This document shows, one piece after another, positions 12,836 to 25,400 of a stretch of DNA of 64,000 nt. Each line of letters begins with the position of its first letter. The stretch's first letter is position 1. The stretch is from Chrysomallon squamiferum. Lineage: Eukaryota > Animalia > Mollusca. Position numbers and translations under genes: made by a program. Under the pieces are notes generated by a model. It did not search any database and was not told the DNA's origin. It saw only the letters and a program-made list of their open reading frames with translations. Where the stretch lies: positions 21,266,001-21,330,000 of the forward strand of contig CM022670.1 of the NCBI GenBank assembly GCA_012295275.1, read 5' to 3'.

Positions 12836-13291
12836 GTGAATTCTTTGTGCTGTTAACATTGTTGTGGTGATGTGACAGACTATGTCAGACAGTTCCACCT
12901 CACAAATCATATTCAAACAGTCTCTGTAAGCTTGACACTCTGACAGTTCCTTACACATCTTTCGACTTGACCACTGTACACTTGTTGCCTGCCAGCCCAC
13001 CAGATAATGGTGGAATGCTTTATGTTTTTGTTTATAATACAAGTGTGATACAAACTTGTTAAAAGATGAGAAAAGTCAGTCAGAATGGTGTTAACAAAAT
13101 TACAGAAATTTTTTTTATGGTAACTGATGAATAATTTGGGATATAATATTTTTTATTTTTTTTTTTTTTTTTTTTTTTTGGGGGGTTGTGATCCACAGAT
13201 TGCAAGCTTGTGCAAAATGTTTATTTGGAAATATGTAACTGTGATTGTGGATTAATTTTAAATGTATATCTTTTTTAAATTTGACTATCCT

Positions 13292-13329
<38 letters not shown>

Positions 13330-13723
13330 CAGGAGAAGAAGTGAAAGTAAAAAAAATGTTTAAGAACCAATTATGAGGAAAATTTTATTCAAAATTATTT
13401 TATAGTCTTTCAAATCACATCGTACATCATCATGTGTTTTTTATTCACTATATATTCAGCGTGTCTTGATATTTTTCTAGATAAGTAATAAATGTTAATA
13501 GATAGTATTAAGATTATTACTTTTACTATTACTATTGTTATAAATATTATTATTATTGTTATTATTAAAACTAATCTAAATGCAAATTACTCATGATTAA
13601 CAGCCACAAATAAAATTAATTTTTGTCAAATGTCACTGATTATTATTATTTGACACTGACATTTTCAGATAAGTTAAACATTATTTTTTTTTTTATTTTT
13701 TTATATTTTCATTTATTTATTTA

Positions 13724-13729
13724 CTATTA

Positions 13730-13788
<59 letters not shown>
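13724..13788. repeat. (ATT)n microsatellite
   Basis: Read directly. Another tract at ~14607-14672. Confidence 0.92.
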
Positions 13789-13879
13789 GTTAAAAATAAT
13801 CAAAATACAAATTACTCTGAATCGGGTATTTTATGCATCGTGATTAATAGCCACTTATAAATTAATTTTTCACCAAATA

Positions 13880-13916
<37 letters not shown>

Positions 13917-13959
13917 TGACAGAAATGTTAAACATTAAGTGCTGTATGTTTTTAAGAAA

Positions 13960-14022
<63 letters not shown>

Positions 14023-14602
14023 ATTTTTTTGATGTCTTAAGTAATTCCACAAATTTTCAAGTCAGCCTAATGTCAGATTGAGCTCCAAAAATAACTGTAA
14101 AATGGTATGACATTTTTATGTAATAAAATTGTACTTAACACCAGTTATTTTGGTATTTGTTTAATATTAGCAGGACTAAGTGGACACACACTCACAGGTG
14201 CACATGCAATACCTCATCGTTTTTGTAATTTTATGTTATATTAATTTTTTATTTTATTGCCACAGAAGAACAAAAAATAGAGAATAATAATCACAAATTT
14301 AATTAAAACTAAAAATAATTTAAAAAATAAAATAGTGAAATGTAATTAACACTTTCTATGGTAATATATGTTATTTATTTATTTAATTTAAATTTTTAAA
14401 TTTTCTTTTTTAAATTATTTCTTAGTGTAAACAATAAAAAGTAAAAATGCTATTTTCAAAACTTTTAATCTGCAACTGATTATCTTCAGTCAACCCATAT
14501 CATTAGTCAACCTTGTTTCAATTTCAGTATACCAAACTGAAGTCAACTTAACTTTAATTATTTTGATTCATTAATTTTAAAAGATTCAGTATTTTCTTTT
14601 TC

Positions 14603-14672
<70 letters not shown>

Positions 14673-16436
14673 GAACCTGGTTCAAAAACAACAAAACCCT
14701 CACATGTAATTTCATTAATAGAAAAAAAAAAAAAATAAAATAAAATAATAGTAATAAAAAATAAAACCGATATTTTAAAATTATTTTGCCAGAGCTCATA
14801 TTTTAGTACAATCTGTCATTGGAAATATTTGCATACGTCATGGTGGTTTTAGTAAAATCACATTTCATTCAAAAATTGTTTTATATTTCTTACTAAACGA
14901 GCACATTTTTTTTTTTTTTTTTTTTAAATTTTTTAATGAATTACCCTTTTTTATTTAATTTATTTATTTTGAATCTGTAACAAAGAAAACCGGTTGTCTG
15001 TTATAGGTAAGTGCTCTCTTTGACCTGGAATATAAACATAATGATAGAAACTAAGAAGTATCGTATGACATTTTTAATAAGTTACTACATAACATGTACA
15101 GCTGAACAAAATAAAATAAAATAAAATAAAATAAAATAAAATAAATAAATAAAATGAAATAAAATCTATGAATATTTTGAAATGTGTACTTGGTGCACGA
15201 TTTGTCGTCCCTGCTTTTCTAACGTAATTTGTTTCTCTTTGCTCATTTTCCCTTCAATCTCCTCTTCAGAGCTGCTCACTGTATGTTAATTACAAATAAA
15301 TTACACTAAAGTGTACACGCATCCCTTCACAGATACACGCACACACGCACACACACACATCGGGTCTGTATCACTTATTTCATAATTGGTGCATACGAAC
15401 ATGTTTGCAGATACATTATGTTTACAGTTAAAGGATCATGTTAAAAGTCCTGATTTGAAAGATTCTTTCTTACTTTGCATTTAATTTTGAGTACTTTATA
15501 TAAAGTATTCGTAACTGAAATTTATGTTTTATATATTCTCTGAAATTTTTATTATTGCGTCATTATAATTAAATTCTCTCTCCTCTTTATACCATGTAAT
15601 CAATGAAAAGCTGTAAATTTCTTTTTTTGAATCGATCGTGTTTAAATAATGAGTAGGAAGTTGTTTAGACAGTCTAGAAGCAAAATCTAGAATGTAGAAG
15701 AATAAACCTTCAGCTAATAACGATTGCTATTAGTAAAATATATAATAATAGAAATAGATTAATTTCGTTAATTAAATGTATTTAATGATTGTGTTCCGAT
15801 CAAAATTTGAGTAATACAGACTGACATTATCCAGCAAGATGGATGGTAAAGATATAGATAAAAAAAAAGAAGAAAAAAAGAAAATATATTTATCTTGGAT
15901 GAGCAGTCAAAAAACAAGCCTAAATGGCGTTATCTATTCCTGATAAAATCAGATAAACAAATCATATGTACAAAGTTCATACTCTAGCTGAATCTCTATC
16001 TATTCGCCTATGCATAATGTATTCTTTAAAATAATTTATTATTATTACTGAACTGGCCAAATTTTATTACAAAATGGATACCAAGTTATATTACAGAGTT
16101 GCTATTTATTGCAAAATATTAGTTTTTACAAAACGGCGTCCGGTATTTTTATTTTGAACATTATTAATATCATTTATATTGTAAATACTTCAGCATCTCC
16201 ATTAAAAGCCAATAATTGATTATCGTTTACTAATCTGACATTCATTTTCGCAATTTGTGAAAAAGTCTTCAGAGAATCCCACCAGAAATTTCAATTAGCA
16301 GCAAGAGATATTTTCTGTGGACAGAGCATCACATACCACAGTCTTCGATCTTGCACAATGCTCTATAATTTTAATTAAATTAATGAAAGCGTCGTATTAT
16401 TAATATTTTTTTTTTTTATTAAATGATATTAATAAT

Positions 16437-19400
16437 GACTTTGCAAAACAGCGCCCATCCTTTCTTTTAATTACAGAGTGAAATTCTTCAGGTTGGTTTT
16501 AAATGGTGGAAAACAGCAGACCTCCTGGTACCATCTTCACAGTTCGGATCACGGCAGCCACATCGAATACTGTTTCCCGCCATTTTATTACGTGTTTTTT
16601 TTCTATTTCTGAAACGAAGATTTTCCAGTAGTCGACCAAACAAATAACAATTTTTACACAAACCGTTGAGCAATGACATCAAACTGAATTTTACTATCGT
16701 AGATGAAACCTTAATATATTCCAAAGTAAACTGTTATATTCTCTAAAATGTTACCGAGTTTGCTAATATCTATCTACATATATGTCTTAGTAAAAATTTG
16801 TTTTTATACAGACCCGAATATAAATATGTTTATAATAACTTAGAATATTCCCCAAATTAGTCTTTTTCGTTGCATTCATTGTATTTTGTTGCAAATAAAA
16901 GAAATTAATGTTCATCGCATTAGTGTAATAATATCAGGTATAACACAACTATCGCTGATTTCATAATTTTAATCAATTAATTGATTAAAAAAAAATAAAA
17001 GTATTTATTAAAGTTGGTATTTTTATTAATCTTATACAGTGAATTCTTGATAGCAGAAGAATGAACTACCACAGAGTTTTACAAATAAGAATGAAAATAT
17101 ATATCAACGAATTGGCATTGAGAACAATTGTGTGATCAGTATCAGATTAGAAATGATTGACTGTCGTTTCAAACACCAAAAATTTAGGATCAGCGTAGAT
17201 TAAGACCGATATAAGGTCTGATATTTTTGTTAAACTGCGTACTTAGATTCTCATCTACGTTGTTTACACATATATTTGCAATGGAAAGACTTGGAACGCC
17301 TCCCACTGAGTATTAGGATAAAATATTCCCTGTTGTGTTTATATTAATTTCTTTTTTGTAAAAAATAACAATATGACTTTTAATAGATATACGTTTGTTT
17401 TTGAGGTCTTAAATTTTCTCTAAAAATAGATCATACATATACCTATTTGCTCGATGCATAATACATACATATAGATATATTCTTGCATACACACAAAATA
17501 AGACACACACACACACTCAGCATACAAACATACACATACAAATTTTTCTGCATTCGTATACATACATACAAAAATAATTATATACATGAAGGCACACACT
17601 TACTATCATGGAAATGTTGCATTCATAAATTCTTTTTTTTTTCTATTTGTCTGTATCTCTAGCAGACCTTATAAATGTTATTATTAAAAATTGTAATATT
17701 ACAGTTATATATTCGTTTCTGTTATCTTTCTCGTCTTTAAACAGAAACAGAAAATAAAAAGCGTCGAATAGAATATATATGTATATATATATATATATAT
17801 TTTATCGTATTATTAATATTTGTTTTAATTAAATGATATTAATAATGTTCAAACAATTTTTTATTTTTTTTTATTAGAAAATGTTGGATGTTAGGTAAAT
17901 GTGGATTATTATAATCATTACTTGAAGAAACGGTCTTTGATATGAAAATAAGGGAACAAACGGGATCAAGATATGGGTAACAAACCATGAAGCGATGCCT
18001 GGACACTTCTGTATATATTAAAAAATAATACATATATATATATTTATACAGACGCTGAACGATTTGCCACTCTATTTCGACACACTACTGAAATTATAAT
18101 ACACTGTTGACTATTTTTATTCAAAAATTGCGTCTATACCAAGAATCGATAAGCAACCTTTTCATCGTCTTATTTAAGAAAGAAAAAAACATTTGGATTC
18201 TATCCGTGGTGTCAAACTGTAAGCCCCGTGACTTTGACTTTGCAAAACAGCGCCCATCCTTTCTTTTAATTACAGAGTGAAATTCTTCAGGTTGGTTTTA
18301 AATGGTGGAAAACAGCAGACCTCCTGGTACCATCTTCACAGTTCGGATCACGGCAGCCACATCGAATACTGTTTCCCGCCATTTTATTACGTGTTTTTTT
18401 TCTATTTCTGAAACGAAGATTTTCCAGTAGTCGACCAAACAAATAACAATTTTTACACAAACCTTTGAGCAATGACATCAAACTGAATTTTACTATCGTA
18501 GATGAAACCTTAATTTATTCCAAAGTAAACTGTTATATTCTCTAAAATGTTACCGAGTTTGCTAATATCTATCTACATATATGTCTTAGTAAAAATTTGT
18601 TTTTATACAGACCCGAATATAAATATGTTTATAATAACTTAGAATATTCCCCAAATTAGTCTTTTTCGTTGCATTCATTGTATTTTGTTGCAAATAAAAG
18701 AAATTAATGTTCATCGCATTAGTGTAATAATATCAGGTATAACACAACTATCGGTGATTTCATAATTTTAATCAATTAATTGATTAAAAAAAAAAATAAA
18801 AGTATTTATTAAAGTTGGTATTTTTATTAATCTTATACAGTGAATTCTTGATAGCAGAAGAATGAACTACCACAGAATTTTACAAATAAGAATGAAAATA
18901 TATATCAAAGAATTGGCATTCAAAAAATAATGATGTGATCAGTGTTAGATTAGAAATGATTGACTGTCGTTTCAAACACCAAAAATTTAGGATCACCGTA
19001 GATTAAGACCGATATAAGGTCTGATATTTTTGTTAAACTGCGTACTTAGATTCTCATCTACGTTGTTTACACATATATTTGCAATGGAAAGACTTGGAAC
19101 ACCTCCCACTGAGTATTAGGATAAAATATTCCCTGCTGTGTTTATATTCATTTCTCTTTTGTAAACAACAACAATATGACTTTTAATAGATATACATTTG
19201 TTTTAGAGGTCTTAAATTTCCTCTAAAAATAGATGATACATATACCTATTTGCTCGATGCATAATACATACATATAGATATATACTTGCATATATACATA
19301 ATCACACATACACACACACACACTCAGCATACACACATACACATACAAATTTATCTCCATTCGTATACATACATACAAAAATAATTATATACATGAAAGC

Positions 19401-22400
19401 AGACACGTACTATCATGAATATATCGCATTCATAAATTCTTTTTTTTTTGTGTTTGTCTGTATCTCTACCAGAACTAATAAATATTATTATTAAAAATTG
19501 TAATATTACAGTTATATATTCGTTTCTGTTATCTTTCTCGTCTTTAAACAGAACAATAAACTAAAAAGCGTCGAATAGAATATATATATATATATTATCG
19601 TATTATTAATATTCGTGTTTATTAAATGATATTAATAATGTTCAAACAATTTATTTTATTTTTTTTTTTATTAGAAAATATTGGATGTTAGGTAAATGTG
19701 GATTATCATAATCATTACTTGAAGAAACGGTCTTTGATATGAAAATAAGGGAACAAACGGGATCAAGATATGGGTAACAAACCACGAAGCGATGCCTGGA
19801 CACTTCTGTATATATTAAAAAATAATATATATATATATATATTTATACAGACGCTGCACGATTTGCCACTCTCTTTCGACACACTACTGAAATTATAATA
19901 CGCTGTTAACTATTTTTATTCAAAAATTGTCTGTATACTAAGAATCGATAAGCAACCTTTTTAACGTCTTATTTAAAAAAAACAAAAACATTTGGATTGG
20001 ATCCGTGGTGTCAAACTGTAAGCCCCGTGACTTTGACTTTGCAAAACAGCGCCCATCCTTTCTTTTAATTACAGAGTGAAATTCTTCAGGTTGGTTTTAA
20101 AGGGTGGATAAAAGCAGACCTCCTTGTACCATCTTCACAGTTTGGATCAAGGCAGCCACATCGAATTTTAGGTTTCTGAAAAGCAGTTGAATATTTGTAA
20201 TATATTATATCCATCCGTCCTTTATACAATTATAGTATTTCATAATTTTGTTACATACCTAAACAATGAAGCATACATATGTATATATGTTTTACCAATA
20301 TTTAGTACTTAGTAACTCGTTTTTTAATTTCTCTCTTTCTCCTCACTCTTTCTTTCCCTTTTTCTCTCTGTATCACACTGTTTCCCGCCATTTTATTACT
20401 TTTTTTTTCCATTTCTCAAACGAAGATTTTCCAGTAGTCGATCAAACAAATAACAATTTTTACACAAACCGTTGAGGAATGACGTCAAACTGAATTTTAC
20501 TATCGTAGATGAAACCTTAATTAATTCCAAAGTAAACTATTTGTAATATTCTCTAAAATGTTACCGAGTTTGCTAATATCTATCTACATATATGTCTTAG
20601 TAAAAATTTGTTTTTATACAGACCCGAATATAAATATGTTTATAATAACTTAGAATATTCCCCAAATTAGTCTTTTTCGTTGCATTCATTGTATTTTGTT
20701 GCAAATAAAAGAAATTAATGTTCATCGCATTAGTGTAATAATATCAGGTATAACATAACTATCGCTGATTTCATAATTTTAATCAATTAATTTATTAAAA
20801 AAATAAATAAAAGTATTTATTAAAGTTGGTATTTTTATTAATCTTATACAGTGAATTCTTGATAGCAGAAGAATGAACTACCACAGAGTTTTACAAATAA
20901 GAATGAAAATATATATCAACGAATTGGCATTGAGAACAATTGTCTGATCAGTATCAGATTAGAAATGATTGACTGTCGTTTCAAACACCACAAATTTAGG
21001 AACTGCGTAGATTAAGACCGATATAAGGTCTGATATTTTTGTTAAACTGCGTACTTAGATTCTCATCTACGTTGTTTACACATATATTTGCAATGGAAAG
21101 ACTTGGAACGCCTCCCACTGAGTATTAGGATAAAATATTCCCTGCTGTGTTTATATTAATTTCTTTTTTGTAAAAAATAACAATATGACTTTTAATAGAT
21201 ATACGTTTGTTTTTGAGGTCTTAAATTTTCTCTAAAAATAGATCATACATATACCTATTTGCTCGATGCATAATACATACATATAGATATATTCTTGTAT
21301 ACACACAAAATAAGAAACACACACACACTCAGCATACACACATACACATACAAATTTTTCTGCATTCGTATACATACATACAAAAATAATTATATACATG
21401 AAGGCACACACTTACTATCATGGAAATGTTGCATTCATAAATCCTTTTTTTTTTTCTATTTGTCTGTATCTCTAGCAGACCTTATAAATATTATTATTAA
21501 AAATTGTAATATTACAGTTATATATTCGTTTCTGTTATCTTTCTCGTCTTTAAACAGAAACAGAAAATAAAAAGCGTCGAATAGAATATATATGTATATA
21601 TATATATATTTTATCGTATTATTAATATTTGTTTTAATTAAATGATATTAATAATGTTCAAACAATTTTTTATTTTTTTTTATTAGAAAATGTTGGATGT
21701 TAGGTAAATGTGGATTATTATAATCATTACTTGAAGAAACGGTCTTTGATATGAAAATAAGGGAACAAACGGGATCAAGATATGGGTAACAAACCATGAA
21801 GCGATGCCTGGACACTTCTGTATATATTAAAAAATAATACATATATATATATTTATACAGACGCTGAACGATTTGCCACTCTATTTCGACACACTACTGA
21901 AATTATAATACACTGTTGACTATTTTTATTCAAAAATTGCGTCTATACCAAGAATCGATAAGCAACCTTTTCATCGTCTTATTTAAGAAAGAAAAAAACA
22001 TTTGGATTCTATCCGTGGTGTCAAACGGTAAGCCCCGTGACTTTGACTTTGCAAAACAGCGCCCATCCTTTCTTTTAATTACAGAGTGAAATTCTTCAGG
22101 TTGGTTTTAAATGGTGGAAAACAGCAGACCTCCTGGTACCATCTTCACAGTTCGGATCACGGCAGCCACATCGAATACTGTTTCCCAATGCCATTTTATT
22201 TTTACGTGTTTTTTTTCTATTTCTGAAACGAAGATTTTTTTTCAGTAGTCGACCAAACAAATAAATAACAATTTTTACAAAACCGTTGAGCAATGACATC
22301 AAACTGAATTTTACTATCGTAGATGAAACCTTAATTTATTCCAAAGTAAACTGTTATATTCTCTAAAATGTTACCGAGTTTGCTAATATCTATCTACATA

Positions 22401-25400
22401 TATGTCTTAGTAAAAATTTGTTTTTATACAGACCCGAATATAAATATGTTTATAATAACTTAGAATATTCCCCAAATTAGTCTTTTTCGTTGCATTCATT
22501 GTATTTTGTTGCAAATAAAAGAAATTAATGTTCATCGCATTAGTGTAATAATATCAGGTATAACACAACTATCGCTGATTTCATAATTGTAATTAATTAA
22601 TTTATTAAAAAAAAAAAAATAAGAAGTATTTATTAAAGTTGTTATTTTTATTAATCTTATACAGTGACTTCTTGATAGCAGAAGAATGAACTACCACAGA
22701 GTTTTACAAATAAGAATGAAAATATATATCAAAGAATTGGCATTCAAAAAATAATGATGTGATCAGTGTTAGATTAGAAATGATTGACTGCCGTTTCAAA
22801 CACCAAAAATTTAGGATCACCGTAGATTAAGACCGATATAAGGTCTGATATTTTTGTTAAACTGCGTACTTAGATTCTCATCTACGTTGTTTACACATAT
22901 ATTTGCAATAGAAAGACTTGGAACACCTCCCACTGAATATTAGGATAAAATATTCCCTGCTGTGTTTATATTCATTTCTCTTTTGTAAACAACAACAATA
23001 TGACTTTTAATAGATATACATTTGTTTTAGAGGTCTTAAATTTCCTCTAAAAATAGATGATACATATACCTATTTGCTCGATGCATAATACATACATATA
23101 GATATATACTTGCATATATACATAATCACACATACACACACACACACTCAGCATACACACATACACATACAAATTTATCTCCATTCGTATACATACATAC
23201 AAAAATAATTATATACATGAAAGCAGACACGTACTATCATGAATATATCGCATTCATAAATTCTTTTTTTTTTTTTTCTTTTCTGTTTGTCTGTATCTCT
23301 ACCAGAACTAATAAATATTATTATTAAAAATTGTAATATTACAGTTATATATTCGTTTCTGTTATCTTTCTCGTCTTTAAACAGAACAATAAACTAAAAA
23401 GCGTCGAATAGAATATATATATATATATATTATCGTATTATTAATATTCGTGTTTATTAAATGATATTAATAATGTTCAAACAATTTATTTTATTTTTTT
23501 TTTTTATTAGAAAATATTGGATGTTAGGTAAATGTGGATTATCATAATCATTACTTGAAGAAACGGTCTTTGATATGAAAATAAGGGAACAAACGGGATC
23601 AAGATATGGGTAACAAACCATGAAGCGATGCCTGGACACTTCTGTATATATTAAAAAAATAATATATATATATATATATTTATACAGACGCTGCACGATT
23701 TGCCACTCTCTTTCGACACACTACTGAAATTATAATACGCTGTTAACTATTTTTATTCAAAAATTGTCTGTATACTAAGAATCGATAAGCAACCTTTTTA
23801 ACGTCTTATTTAAAAAAAACAAAAACATTTGGATTGGATCCGTGGTGTCAAACTGTAAGCCCCGTGACTTTGACTTTGCAAAACAGCGCCCATCCTTTCT
23901 TTTAATTACAGAGTGAAATTCTTCAGGTTGCTTTTAAAGAATGGATAAAAGCAGACCTCCTTGTACCATCTTCACAGTTTGGATCAAGGCAGCCACATCG
24001 AATTTTAGGTTTCTGAAAAGCAGTTGAATATTAGTAATATATTATATCCATCCGTCCTTTATACAATTATAGTATTTCATAATTTTGTTACATACCTAAA
24101 CAATGAAGCATACATATGTATATGTTTTACCAATATTTAGTACTTAGTAACTCGTTTTTTAATTTCTCTCTTTCTCCTCACTCTTTCTTTCCCTTTTTCT
24201 CTCTGTATCACACTGTTTCCCGCCATTTTATTACTTTTTTTTTCCATTTCTCAAACGAAGATTTTCCAGTAGTCGATCAAACAAATAACAATTTTTACAC
24301 AAACCGTTGAGGAATGACGTCAAACTGAATTTTACTATCGTAGATGAAACCTTAATTAATTCCAAAGTAAACTGTTTCTAATATTCTCTAAAATGTTACC
24401 GAGTTTGCTAATATCTATCTACATATATGTCTTAGTAAAAATTTGTTTTTATACAGACCCGAATATAAATATGTTTATAATAACTTAGAATATTCCCCAA
24501 ATTAGTCTTTTTCGTTGCAGTCATTGTATTTTGTTGCAAATAAAAGAAATTAATGTTCATCGCATTAGTGTAATAATATCCGGTATAACACAACTATCGC
24601 TGATTTCATAATTTTAATCAATTAATTTATTAAAAAAATAAATAAAAGTATTTATTAAAGTTGGTATTTTTATTAATCTTATACAGTGAATTCTTGATAG
24701 CAGAAGAATGAACTACCACAGAGTTTTACAAATAAGAATGAAAATATATATCAACGAATTGGCATTGAGAACAATTGTGTGATCAGTATCAGATTAGAAA
24801 TGATTGACTGTCGTTTCAAACACCACAAATTTAGGAACTGCGTAGATTAAGACCGATATAAGGTCTGATATTTTTGTTAAACTGCGTACTTAGATTCTCA
24901 TCTACGTTGTTTACACATATATTTGCAATGGAAAGACTTGGAACGCCTCCCACTGAGTATTAGGATAAAATATTCCCTGCTGTGTTTATATTAATTTCTT
25001 TTTTGTAAAAAATAACAATATGAATTTTAATAGATATACATTTGTTTTTGAGGTCTTAAATTTTCTCTAAAAATAGATCATACATATACCTATTTGCTCG
25101 ATGCATAATACATACATATAGATATATTCTTGCATACACACAAAATAAGACACACACACACACTCAGCATACAAACATACACATACAAATTTTTCTGCAT
25201 TCGTATACATACATACAAAAATAATTATATACATGAAGGCACACACTTACTATCATGGAAATGTTGCATTCATAAATTCTTTTTTTTTTCTATTTGTCTG
25301 TATCTCTAGCAGACCTTATAAATATTATTATTAAAAATTGTAATATTACAGTTATATATTCGTTTCTGTTATCTTTCTCGTCTTTAAACAGAAACAGAAA

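Noticed and set aside
17839-18033. Recurrent minus-strand ORF (…YTEVSRHRFMVCYPYLDPVCSLIFISK…) in array units
   Set aside because: Its start and stop depend on variable (TA)n and poly-T tracts, it is frameshifted in some units, and it has no recognisable domain.
20074-20171. Plus-strand exon-like ORF in array units (SEILQVGFKGWIKADLLVPSSQFGSRQPHRIL) after aattacag
   Set aside because: Three A/B differences are silent, but other units add several replacements. I recognised no homolog or partner exons.
22180-22285. Cluster of small indels in array unit 4
   Set aside because: Mostly homopolymer or short-duplication changes that could be long-read consensus errors. Not interpreted further.
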